DNA from: the human T2T-CHM13v2.0 reference genome, Homo sapiens | Direction: 5' to 3' (one strand) | Length of the DNA: 64,000 nucleotides | Assembly: GCF_009914755.1 (NCBI RefSeq) | Contig: NC_060926.1 | In this document: one piece after another, positions 28,701 through 40,258 of the stretch | Layout of the letters: every line of letters starts with the position of its first letter | Position numbering within the stretch: position 1 is the stretch's first letter | Translations under genes and position numbers: made by a program | Notes under the pieces: generated by a model | Database searches by the model: none | What the model was told of the DNA's origin: nothing | What the model saw: only the letters and a program-made list of their open reading frames with translations

Positions 28701-29384
28701 AGAGTAAAAATCAATAGTATTGCAATTTTGTTATCACGTTCCATTTTGAATTAACAATAAGCAACAAATTAACATTTATACTTATTTGAATATAAGAGCA
28801 CTATGTTACATGGTACACAGAGAAAGGAGCCTTGATTGGTTTTCATCTTAATGAGTTTTGACTCATGTACCCCTGTTTCTCATTATCCAGTAAGAGAATT
28901 CTAGGAACTCTTAAGGACAGGAGGGTGAACAAAAGCCAGTCAACAATCTAAAAGGAGGGTGGCAACTGTTTAACAGATTCACAAAATATCTCACAATTAT
29001 AAAGGAGACAGCATCAGTACAGAATGATTCCATACTCAATGTGAATTGTGAAATGAACTGCTGTGCTTGAGAGCACTTCAAGGATTAAAAATATTCTGTC
29101 AATAAATAGGCACAAATGTTTAAGTGTTAAGCAAAAAAAAAATAGAATCCAAAGCAATTTTTTCAAGTATCATTCTGACATCTTTTAGGAGCCCTTTGCA
29201 TAAGCACATTCAAATTTTTAAGTGGCCAATTTAAATTCTACACTGGCTATTTTTTCCCTCACAAACTATTAATTACATTAGACAGAGAAAATTACATTAA
29301 ATTGCCAAATAACTCTTTTAGCCAGGTAGGTAAATTCAGATACTTTATGTGTCTCCCTATTAATATAATTTTAAGTGTTATTTA

Positions 29385-29600
29385 TTGATTTCCTATTGTG
29401 GGCCAGCCACTATTGTAAGTACTTAACAGGTATTATCTCATATGTTTTCATAATAATACTATAAGATAACTATAATTATTTTTAAAATGAGAGAAATAAA
29501 AGAATAATGAAAAAAATTAGATTACCCAAGGCCTCAGAGCTGTTAAGAAACACACCCAGAGTAGTAAGTCAAATCTGTTAATTTTAGAACTTAGACTGTT
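29385..29600. mobile_element. MIR SINE remnant
   Basis: GTAAGTACTTAACAGGTATTATCTCAT...TTACCCAAGGCCTCAGAGCTGTTAAG. Confidence 0.55.
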
Positions 29601-29839
29601 AATGATTATACCTCTGTCTAACAATATTTACTCAATTGCTGATAACTTAGGTATTTCAATAACACATTCCAAAATTTTATTATTTGTAGGAAATAAACCA
29701 AAGTTCTTCTCATGGCTTTTCAAATTACTTATTTGTTCTTGGAAAAAAAACCCATTTTTATTTTTTGAGACTACTAAAAGGAACAGTAAGATCTACTTTA
29801 CATACTTTTCAGTGATTTTGTAAGAAATGAAAGAGTTAA

Positions 29840-30527
29840 TGAGAGGTGAAACCATCTGGGCTTCTGGGTCAGATGCGGACTTAGAGAACTTTTCTGTCTA
29901 GCTAAAGGATTGTAAATGCACCAGTCAGTGCTCTGTGTCTAGCTAAAGGATTGTAAACGCACCAATCAGCACTCTGTAAAATGGACCAATCAGCGCTTTG
30001 TAAAATGGACCAATCAGCACTCTGTAAAATGGACGAATCAGCAGGACATGGGCAGTGCCAAATAAAGGAATAAAAGCTGGCCACCCGAGCCAGCAATGGC
30101 AACCTGCTCAGGTCCACTTCCGCGCTGTGGAAGCTTTGTTCTTTCGCTCTTCACAATAAATCTTGCTGCTGCTCACTCTTTGGGTCCGCACTAACTTTAT
30201 GAGCTGTAACACTCATTGCGAAGGTCTGTGGCTTCACTCCTGAAGTCAGCGAGACCACTAACCTACCAGGAGGAACAAACAACTCTGGACGTGCCACCTT
30301 TAAGAGCTCTAACACTCACTGCAAAGGTCTGCGGCTTCACTCCTGAAGTCAAGTGAGACCACAAACCCACTGGAAGGAAGAAACTCCAGGCACATCTGAA
30401 CATCTGAAGGAACAAACTCTGGACACACCATCTTTAAGAACTGTAACAGTCACCACAAGGGTCTGCGGCTTCATTCTTGAAGTCAGCGAGACCAAGAACC
30501 CACCAGAAGGAACTAATTCAGGACACA
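29840..30527 (+). promoter_or_regulatory. 5' LTR12 (short type) with tandem CCAAT enhancer repeats
   Basis: TGAGAGGTGAA...GGACACA; repeated ACCAATCAGC units; ATAAAAGC TATA-like box; AATAAA near 30155. Confidence 0.95.
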
Positions 30528-30530
30528 TTT

Positions 30531-30548
30531 TGGTGAGCATGAAGGAAC
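30531..30548 (+). other. Primer binding site, degenerate tRNA-Arg type
   Basis: TGGTGAGCATGAAGGAAC just after the LTR, versus the recalled ERV9 PBS TGGCGACCACGAAGGGAC. Confidence 0.7.
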
Positions 30549-31444
30549 TATTGACTATCGCCAAGCGGTGAGCACCATCAGACCCTTTTCGCTTGCTGTT
30601 CTGTCCTATTTTTCCTTAGAATTTGGGGGCTAAATACCAGGCACCTGTCAGCCAGTTAATAGCGACTAGCACGGCCGCTGGACTAAAGACACAAGTGTCA
30701 GGCTTTCTGGGAAAGGGCTCTCTAGTAACCCCCGACTCTTTGGAGTTGGGAGCATGGTTTGCCTGGAACAAGCTTCCGCTTTTCCTGTATTTCTGGGCTG
30801 AGCCAACCGTCAACAGAAAGGAAAGCCATTCAGCTCCGGGGTCCCGACAACAACTTGGTTGACCCTGCGGCCATGAGCGGAACTCTCAAAGTCATGTCGC
30901 CTAAGCAAGACTCGCCCATCTATTCTATATATCCTGACCCTTGCCTCCTGGGTCCTAATGCTTGTCCGACAAACCTCTTCTCGCCTCTCTTCTCTGAGGC
31001 TAGTCCCACTTCTAAAAACCACTCCCTGTCTCTGGTGCTTTTCTAGTTTCTCCTATAAGAATGATTTCTAGTATAAACTCCAGTACTCTGCTACCATCTT
31101 TAGGCACCCTGGCTCACAAATCAGAAAGGCATAATTTTTGCCCAAAGCCCTCTCGGGGCCGGGGAGTATCTTATCTGGAATTTAGGGATCCTTCCTCAGA
31201 CTAGTAGGCTTAACAAAAGCTATTCTGGAAGCTAGGTTATGGGGAGCTTCAGAAATGATATCCTTCCTATTCATGTAAATGAGGACAAAAGGCATCACTC
31301 TTCCAACTCTGGAGATCTCATCCCTCCCTCAGGGCATGGCCCTCCACTTCATTTTGGGGCATAACATCTTTATAGGACACAAGTAAAGTCCCAATACTAA
31401 CAGGAGAATGCTGGAGAATGCTTAGGACTCTAACAGATTTTCGA

Positions 31445-31757
31445 GACTGCGTTGGTAAGGGCCACTAAGTCTGATTTTTCTTGGTCGTCTTTGTGGTCTA
31501 GGAGGACAGGCAAGGGTGCAGGTTTTCGAGAATGCATTGGTAAGGGCCACTAAATCCGACATTCCTTGGTCCTCCTTGTGGTCTTGGAGGACCACTAGTG
31601 TTTCTGCTACTGTGTCGGTGAGCACAACTATTCCGATCAGCAGGGTCCAGGGACTGTTGCGGGTTCTTGGGCAGGGGTTGTTTCTGCTGCTGCATTGGTG
31701 AGAGCAACTATTCCAATCAGCAGGGTCCAGGGACTGTTGTGGGTTCTTAGGCAGGGT
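31445..31757 (+). repeat. Two pairs of tandem direct repeats in the ERV9 leader
   Basis: TTGGTAAGGGCCACTAA... twice; CAACTATTCC(G/A)ATCAGCAGGGTCCAGGGACTGTTG... twice. Confidence 0.85.
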
Positions 31758-31796
31758 GAGAAACAAACCAAGACCGTGGGCAGTTTTGTCTTTCAG

Positions 31797-33256
31797 ATAG
31801 GAAACACTCAGGCATTAACAGGCTCACCCTTAAAATGCATCCTAAGCCATTAGGACCAATTTGACCTACAAACCCTGAAAAAGAGGCAGCTCATTTTTTT
31901 CTGCACTATGGCTTGGCCCCAATATTCTCTCTCTGTTGGGGAGAAATGGCCACCTGAAGGAAATATAAATTACAATACTATCCTGCAGCTTGACTTTTTC
32001 CTGTAAGACAGAAGGCAAATGGAGTGAAATACCTTATGTCCAAGTTTTCTTTTCGTTGAAGGAAAATACACAACTATGCAAACCTTGCAATTTACATCCC
32101 ACAGGAGGACCTCTCAACTTACCCTATATCCTAGCCTCCCTATAGCTCCCCTTCCTATTAATGATAAGCCTCCTCTAATCTCCCCTGCCCAGAAGGAAAT
32201 AAGCAAAGAAATCTCCAAAGGACCACAAAAACCCCGGGCTGTCAGTTATGTCCCCTTCAAGCTGCAGGGGGAGGGGAATTTGGCCCAACCTCGGTAAATG
32301 TCCCCTTCTCCCTCTCTGATTTAAAGCAGATCAAGGCAGACCTGGGGAAGTTTTCAGATGATCCTGATAGGTACATAGATATCCTACAGGGTCTAGGGCA
32401 AACATTCGCTCTCACTTGGAGAGATGTCATGCTATTGTTAGATCAAACCCTGGCCTTTAATGAAAAGAATGTGGCTTTAGCTGCAGCCCAAGAGTCTGGA
32501 GATACCTGGTATCTTAGTCAAGTAAATGACAGAATGACAGCCGAAGAAAGGGACAAATTCCCTACCAGTCAGCAAGCCATCTCCAGTATGGATCCCCACT
32601 GGGACCTCGACTCAGATGATGGGGACTGGAGTCGTAAACATCTGTTGACCTGTGTTCTAGAAGGACGAAGGAGGATTAGGAAAAAGCCCATGAATTATTC
32701 AATGATGTCCACCATAACTCAGGGAAAGGAAGAAAATCCTTCTGCCTTCCTCATGTGGCTACGGGAGGCCTTAAGAAAATATACTCCCCTGTCACCCGAC
32801 TCACTAGAGGGCCAACTGATTCTAAAAGATAAGTTTATTATCCAATCAGCCACAGATATCAGGAGAAAGCTCCAAAAGCAAGCCGTGGGTCCTGAACAAA
32901 ATCTGGAGGCGTTATTAAACCTGGCAACCTCGGTGTTCTATACTATGGACCAAGAGGAACAGGCTCAAAAGGAAAAGTGAGATCAGAGAAAGGCCACAGC
33001 CTTAGTCATGGCCCTCAGACAAACAAATGTTGGTGGTTCAGAGAGGACAGAAAATGGAGCAGGCCAATCACCTGGTAGGGCTTGTTATCAGTGTGGTTTA
33101 TTAGGATACTTTAAAAAAGATTGTCCAATGAAAAACAAGCTGCCCCCTTGCCCATGTCCACTATACTGAAGCAATCACTGGAAGGCGCACTGCCCCAGAG
33201 GTCAAAGTTTCTCTGGGCCAGAAGCCCCCAACCAGATGATCCAACAACAGGACTGA
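31797..33256 (+). pseudogene. gag: HERV9 gag, disrupted
   Basis: Start mutated (ATA GGA AAC); capsid/MHR in ORF 32429-32980 (ITQGKEENPSAFL..LREAL); zinc knuckle CYQCGLLGYFKKDC with His lost; stops and frameshifts. Confidence 0.92.
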
Positions 33257-33656
33257 GGGTGCCCGGGGCAAGTGCCAGCTCATGTCATCACCCTCACTGA
33301 GCCCCAGGTACATTTAACCATTGAGGGCCAGGAAATTGACTTCCTCCTGGACACTGGCAGTCTTCTCAGTGTTAATCTCCTGTCCTGGACGACTGTCCTC
33401 AAGATCTGTTACCATCCGAGGAATCCTGGTACAGCCTGTAACCAGGTGTTTCTCCCACCTCCTCAGTTGTAATTGAGAGACTTTGCTTTTTTCACATGCC
33501 TTTCTTGTTATGCCTGAAAGTCCCACACCCTTATTAGGGAGGGATATATTAGCCAAAGCTGGAACTATTATCTACATGAATATGGAGAACAAGTTACCCA
33601 TTTGTTGTCCCCTGCTTGAGGAGTGACTCAACCCTGAAGTCTGGACATTGGAAGGA
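33257..33656 (+). pseudogene. pro: HERV9 protease, frameshifted
   Basis: FLLDTG active-site motif at ~33341-33358; PTPLLGRDILAK downstream. Confidence 0.9.
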
Positions 33657-33659
33657 ACA

Positions 33660-34560
33660 AACTCAAGCTCCAGCCTTAAGCCTTCACACAGGACAAAACT
33701 TTTCTTTATATGTCACAGAGAGCAGGAATAGCTCTTGGTGTCCTTACTCAGACTTGTAGGACAACCCCACAACCAGTGACATACCTAAGTAAGGAAATTG
33801 ATGTAGTAGCAAAAGGCTGGCCTCACTGTTTACAGGTAGTTGCGGTGGTGGCTGTCTTAGTGTCAGAGACTATCAAAATAATACAAGGAAAGGATCTCAG
33901 TGTCTGGACTACTCATGATGTAAATGGCATACTAGATGCCAAAGGAAGTTTATGGCTATCAGACAACTGCCTACTTAGATACCAGGTGCTACTCCTTGAG
34001 GGACCAGTGCTTCAAATACACACGTGTGCGGGCCTCAACCCTGCCATTTTTCTCTCAGAGGATAGGGAACCAATCAGGCATAACTGCCAACAAATTATAG
34101 TCCAGACTTATGCCGCCCGAGAAGATCTCTTAGAAGTCCCCTTAGCTAATCCTGACCTTAATCTATATACCGATGGAAGTTCATTTGTGGAGAATGGGAT
34201 ACAAAGGGCAGGTTATGCCATAGTTAGTGATGTAACCGTACTTGAAAGTAAGCCTCTTCCCCCAGGGACCAGCACCCAGTTAGGAGAACTAGTGGCATTT
34301 ACCCAAGCCTTAGAACTGGGAAAGGGAAAAAGAATAAATGTGTATACACATAGCAAGTATGCTTATCTAATCCTACATGCCCATGCTGCAATATGAAAAG
34401 AAAGGGAGTTCCTAACCTCTGGAGGAACCCCCATTAAATACCACAGGGAAACCATGGAGTTATTGCATGCAGTGCAAAAACCCAAGGAGGTGGCAGTCTT
34501 ACACAGCCAAAGCCATCAAAAGGGGAAGGAGAGGGGAGAACAGCAGCATAAGCGGCTGGC
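33660..34560 (+). pseudogene. pol: HERV9 pol connection plus RNase H; RT core and integrase absent
   Basis: ORF 33710-34396: ALGVLTQ..PVTYLSKEID..KGWPHCL, LYTDGSSF..RAGYAIV, ELVAFTQAL, NVYTHSKYA. Confidence 0.92.
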
Positions 34561-34835
34561 AGAGGCAGGGAAAGACTAGCAGAAAGGAAAGAGAGAAAGA
34601 GACAGAAAGTCAGAGAGAGAGACAGAGAGAGGAAGAGCGAGACAAAGAGGGTGCCAGAGAGAGAAAGAGACAAAGTCAAAGAGACAGAGAGAGGAAGAGA
34701 GAGAGACAAAGAGGGAGTCAGAGAGAGAGAGAGAGACATAGAAAGTCAAAGAGAGGAAGAGACAGACAAAGAGGGAGTCAGAAAGACCGAGACAAAGAAG
34801 TCAAAGAGAAAGAGATATAGAAGTAGTAAAGAAAA
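34560..34835. repeat. GA-rich low-complexity tract
   Basis: (GA)n/GACA purine-rich run. Confidence 0.95.
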
Positions 34836-35345
34836 AAGTGTACCCTGTTCCTTTAAAAGCCAGGGTAAATTTAAAACCTATAATTCATAATTGAAGGTCT
34901 TCTGTGTAACCATATAACACTCTAATACCACCTTGTTGTCAGTGTAAACAAGGGTGTAGCCTGAAAACACTGAGGCCACTGACAGCCCATAGCCTTCCTA
35001 TCAAAAATCCTTATCCCAAAAGGTTTCCTAATAGGGGATCTAAATCTTAATTAATTACCGTACAAAGATCCGACCAGATCTAGGAGGAACTTCCTTCAGG
35101 ACAGGACAATAGATGGTTCCTCCCAGGCGATTAAGGAAAAAAGACACAATGGGTATTCAGTAAATGATAAGGAAACTCTTGTAGAAGTAGAGTTAGGAAA
35201 ATTGCCTAATAATTGATCTGCTCAAACCTGTGAGTTGTTTGCACTAGGCCAAACCTTAAAGTACTTACAGAATCAAGAAGGAGCCATCTATACCAATTCT
35301 AAGTTAATATGGATTGAACGAGGTTTTATTAATAGCAAAGAAAAA
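34835..35345 (+). pseudogene. Collapsed pol of a second ERV family (HERV-I/HERVIP10-like) with a second RNase H
   Basis: Manual translation: KVYPVPLKARVNLKPII (~34836), QPIAFLSKIL (~34984), and from 35109 IDGSSQAIKEKRHNGYSV...LPNN*SAQTCELFALGQTLKYLQNQEGAIYTNSKLIWIERGFINSK. Confidence 0.8.
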
Positions 35346-35409
35346 TTAAAATCCCAAACTTACAAGGTTGTCAACTAAAGTTTCCTAAAAGTTAACAGTG
35401 TAACATGCA

Positions 35410-36040
35410 TTATCCTACTACCACACACTCTCAAAGGATTTCTCAGACAGTTTGCAAGAAATAATGAAATCTATCCTTACCCTACAATCCCAAATAGACT
35501 CTTTGGCAGCAGTAACTCTCCAAAACTGCCGAAGCCTAGACCTCCTCACTGCTGAGAAAGGAGGACTCTGCAAGTTCTTAGGGTAAGAGTGTTGCTTTTA
35601 CACTAACCAGTCAGGGATAGTACGAGATGCCGCCCAGCATTTACAAGAAAAGGCTTCTGAAATCAGACAATACCTTTCAAACTCTTATACCAACCTCTGG
35701 ACTTCGGCAACATGGATTTTCCCCTTTCTAGGTCCCATGACAGCCATCTTGCTATTACTTGCCTTCGGGCCCTGTATTTTTAACCTCCTTGTCAAATTTG
35801 TTCCTCTAGAATTGAGGCCATCAAGCTACAGATGGTCTTACAAATGGAACCCCAAATGAGCTCAACTAACAACTTCTACCGAGGACCCCTGGACCAACTT
35901 GCTGACCCCTTCACTGGTCTACAGTGTTCTCCTCTGGAGGACACTACAACTACAGGTCCCCTTCTTTGCCCCTATCCAGCAGGAAGTAGCTACAGCAGTC
36001 ATCACCCAATTCCCAACAGCAGTTGGGCTGTCCTGTTTAG
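35410..36040 (+). pseudogene. env: HERV9 env TM remnant; SU deleted
   Basis: Immunosuppressive domain and CX6CC: LQNCRSLDLLTAEKGGLCKFLG*ECC from 35518; cytoplasmic tail MVLQMEPQMSSTNNFYRGPLD. Confidence 0.9.
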
Positions 36041-36049
36041 AGTGGGGAT

Positions 36050-36660
36050 TGAGAGGTGAAGCCAGCTGGGCTTCTGGGTCAGGTGGGGACTTGGAGAACT
36101 TTTGTGTCTAGCTAAAGGATTGTAAATGCACCAATCAACACTCTGTAAAAACACACCAATCAGCACTCTGTAAAATGGACCAATCAGCAGGACATGGGCA
36201 GGGCCAAATAAGGGAATAAAAGCTGGCCACCCGAGCCAGCAGCAGCAACCTGCTGGGGTCCCCTTCCACACTGGAAGCTTTGTTCTTTTGCTCTTCACAA
36301 TAAATCTTGCTGCTGCTCACTCTTTGGGTCCGCACTACCTTTAGGAGCTATAACACTCATTGCAAAGGGTTGTGGCTTCACTCTTCAAGTCAGCAAGACC
36401 ACGAACCCACTGGGAGGAACAATGTACCACCTTTAAGAGCTCTAACACTCACTGAGAAGGTCTGCAGCTTCACTCCTGAAGTCAAGTGAGACCACGAACC
36501 CACTGGAATGAAGAAACTCCAGACACGTCTGACCATCTGAAGGAACAAACTCTGGGCACACCATCTTTAAGAACTGTAACAGTCACCGCGAGGGTCTGCA
36601 GCTTCATTCTTGAAGTCAGCGAGACCAAGAACCCACCGGAAGGAACCAATTCTGGACATA
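36050..36660 (+). promoter_or_regulatory. 3' LTR12
   Basis: Preceded by PPT AGAGTGGGGAT; colinear with the 5' LTR. Confidence 0.95.
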
Positions 36661-36814
36661 TTAATACATGTAAGAACATTTTAGATGTTGTAAAGTGTTA
36701 TAAAAATTGTATTTAATTACCATATATTAAGTGCTCATATGGCACTGAAAATAGTTATTGGTTTAAGTTTTTTATGACTTAAGACCTTAATAGCAATAAT
36801 GAAAAATCCCTGCC

Positions 36815-37263
36815 TGTTTGAAGAGACAATCTATAATAGTGCGAGGACAAGAGTGACTATTTTAAATACTAATCTGCCATGTGACTTCTGACTAACCACA
36901 AGTTGGGGAATGCCTCCAAAATGTCTAGTTAATGTGCTACTCTTTATGTAGGAATATTTATTCACTGTAAGTTCCCTCCAAAGCAACGTTGTTGTTCCAA
37001 AAATCATAAGTTGTGATGCCCATAGCCACCTACACATTCCTTCCAGAGCACATGTGCTTTTTCCCCTAGATTTAAGCCCTGGTCTGGGGGGTTGCAGTGC
37101 GGAGATCTACCAGTCTTGAAGCCCTCCAAGACCACGAGTCTGTCTGTAAGTTCCCTAGTAAATCACTCAAACCAACACACTGTATTTGTCTGCCTCCTTC
37201 TTTGCTTTCCAGCTCCTTCTGCACTTGGGGGTTACTTTACATATACAGCCCTTTCATGGAACA
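36815..37263 (+). mobile_element. Probable solo LTR (LTR47-like; family uncertain)
   Basis: TGTT...AACA termini, TATA-like TTTAAGCCC and AGTAAA polyA-like signal; no TSD found. Confidence 0.5.
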
Positions 37264-40236
37264 GATAGAGACAGATCATTATACTGACCACTAATCGCAG
37301 AAGTCTTCCTTGAAATCTGGAGGCTTTTCCAAAAGTCAGAGCAGATGAATGTATATGGCAATAAGTATAATGATGAGGAGTGTGGATTTACAAGGGCTTA
37401 GTCATTCCTGAGTATGGGTTAGGTCAGTTTTCTTATGGCACCTATTTCTGGCCTCATTATATATAGGTGTCGTGATAAATTATAATGACCTAAAAACTGA
37501 TGTCATCACTTAGAATTTTCCATATATCCTATAAAGGCTCCAAGTGACATCCAGAGGCAGTTTTTATATCTCAAGTATCCCTTAGAGCAGGATTTGAAAA
37601 CAATACCCAAGTGACATGCCAAGTGACATGCTCAAGTGACATGCAAAACAGACCAGCTACAGAGATTGCAGAAATACAAGCTTCAGCTCATTTTTGACAT
37701 TAAAGAATGTAGACCTACTATTGCCAGGTTTTCTGATTTTAAGAAACAGCGGGAATTGGATCTTTGAGTAAACCACGCCCAATTTTGTTTTAAATGTTAG
37801 AAACTAACTCAAAGCAAGACAAGCTGGCTGAACAAAGTAATTCTATTTGTTGGATTCATTTTGTAGTCTCCTGATTCATTATCTCTAAATCAGACTTTTA
37901 TAGTACATTCCTTATATCATTCTCTGCAAAGTAGTCTCATTACCATTTGATACTTATTATCATGTATTTCTTCTCATTGAAAGCAAACTTGAAGCACATT
38001 TTCAAGAAGGCATAGTTAAGCAGCTATTACGAGTTACTGTTGTCAAAGGAATCCCTTATTTCTGGTAGAAGTACCATTTTTATATTTGGGGATGAACTCG
38101 TGCTGTATTAGAGACTGTGTCTCCACTGCAGCCAGATTACATTGTATGGATATCACTAGAATTGTGCATGTCGAAGGAGTAGGTGCTTTGCTGGGAAGAA
38201 CTTCAGTTAAATACAGGACCTAGAGATGCTCAAGCGTACTTGGCCATTGCGGTGGTAGACAGTGAAATGTGTTTTCACAAGTTTCTATAACAAAGCTGGG
38301 GACTCTGGCAATTGTGTAGACCAAATGTCTGTGCTCAGTGGGATCTTCTTGCTAAATCTGGAATGGCGCAGGACCAGCTTCTCTCTGAACTCCCTGGTGC
38401 AAGGTGGCCTCTCTTGCAATAGGACTAATACTGTATGCCTCTGTTGAAATGACTTGAGGAGGTGTGGAAAAGAAAATAAAGCATATACAATCCTGGACTC
38501 CATAGATATAAAACTGTGATGTAATATCTGTATTGGTATCAAGTGATAAAACAACATTAAACTTTTCCCCCCTTGGTTTTGGCTCTAAGATAGCAACTCT
38601 ATCATTGACTTAGTTTTCAAACTATAGGTCACACACTCATTTTTTCACTCATGGGTCTTCATGAAAAGATTGAAACAAGTTCTAGTGGAATTTTGATTAA
38701 TATCTCTGTGTGGAATTTCCCAGTAGGAGCTGGAAGAGGAGCAAAAAAGAAATCAGAAATACAGTACCTTGAACCCAAGGTCACCCCTATTAATTTTCTA
38801 ATTTCCACCTTGGAAGGTCTGTGCAGATTTTACCATAATGCCCTTTGAAGCCCTTTGAAGAAGGCTTGATTCTGTTTTTGTTACAAAGATCTTACTGGAG
38901 TAGAAGTTTCAAAACACTAAGTCAGCAATCCCAAGATCTACAATGCTTTTTTTTTTTTTTTTTTCTGAAGGTTAGGATACATTAATCAGTTTTGGCAAGA
39001 GACACTTTAAACATAGATGGACAATTCTGAGCTGGAAAACTATGAGCAAAGTCCCACTCTCAAGGGGAAGCTTAAACTGATTTGAAAGATGGCAAACCTA
39101 TTTATTCAAACTGTTTACCCCTCAATACACAACTAGAGTCTAGTTGGAAAACCACAATTTCCTTTAAACAATTAGTAAAACTAAATGACCACCCAAACAG
39201 AGTGCCTAAAAGTAAATCATAATTTATCATCAGCAACTCATGGATTAGAAAAATCCTATTTCAACATAATTTTTCTGGCTTTTCAAATTACCTTACCAAG
39301 TTCAAAAACTTTCGTTTCCTGTTGATGCAGAGTTAGCAGAAGGCAGTAAAGCAATCTTGCCGTAATCCTTGTGTATGCCTTCGTATATCTGTGTTTAAAC
39401 CGAGAACACATAGTTGTCAGATTTTAATTCCATTTTGGGAAAAAGACATTGGTGTCTTTAAGATAACTATCAAACTTTGAAAGTCAAATATACAAATTAT
39501 TAATAAACCACTGCCACTATTTTTAATTTCTAAATTGAAAACTTAATATTTTTATCAGGTAAAATTTCCTTTCAAGGTGTCTTGGAAAAATAGGTATGGA
39601 CCATTTTAAGTTCTATTTTTGTTAGTGTGTCAGCTCTGTTTATATTAATAACTCAAATCTATATTTTATCTCTTAACATAAGAACCAAGGGAGCATGAAA
39701 CCTAGAATAAATTCTCCGAGGTACTTCTAGGTCACACCAGAATATCAATACTGTACTTCTTGGTTTGAATTCAGTATCTTATTTTTCTTACACAGTCTTA
39801 ATAGAACCTTTAAAAAAATTATATAGTCAAAGAAAAATAGTTATATTTGTTCATATTATATAACCTATAAACAAATATATGAAAATACAATGATGTTTTC
39901 CAAAGTGTGTTTATGAAACACTAGTTCTATTATAAGATGCTATGAAGGAAATGAAATAAATGAAAGATAATTCATAATGCATAGTACTATATTAAAAGCT
40001 CTGAGAAGTTTTACAATGAATCAATCTTGTGCTTTCTTTACCAATTACTGCTGATTAAATGACAAATTATGTGACTGCTTTTTGAGTATGTATACAGTAT
40101 GACATGGAATCAATGATTCATAATTGGGGAAAAACTTAAGTCCAAATAATTATTTACTTGATGGAAAAGATGCAGATAAAATAGTGTTTTCTAAACTTTT
40201 GAAATACAAGTAGAAGTTCAGAATCAACATTTAAAG

Positions 40237-40258
40237 TGTGTGTGTGTGTGTGTGTGTG
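40237..40258. repeat. (TG)11 microsatellite
   Basis: Directly visible. Confidence 0.95.

Larger units (their letters stand above)
29840..36660 (+). mobile_element. Defective HERV9 (ERV9) provirus with two LTR12 LTRs
   Basis: Paired LTRs, PBS, gag, pro, partial pol, partial env, PPT; 4-bp TSD TTAA at 29836-29839 and 36661-36664. Confidence 0.95.

Noticed and set aside
29902-30117. ORF with repeated SILQSADW; superficially CRISPR-like spacing
   Set aside because: LTR12 U3 tandem repeats with no unique spacers, in eukaryotic DNA.
32429-34396. gag (183 aa) and pol (228 aa) ORFs as domesticated genes
   Set aside because: Residual open stretches of a provirus with surrounding stops and frameshifts; the RNase H YTDS motif reads YTHS.
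34434-34890. Arg/Glu-rich and Ser/Leu-rich ORFs
   Set aside because: Artefacts of the GA low-complexity tract.
35410-36059. Syncytin-like env
   Set aside because: Only TM remains, with a stop inside the CX6CC motif and no signal peptide or SU.
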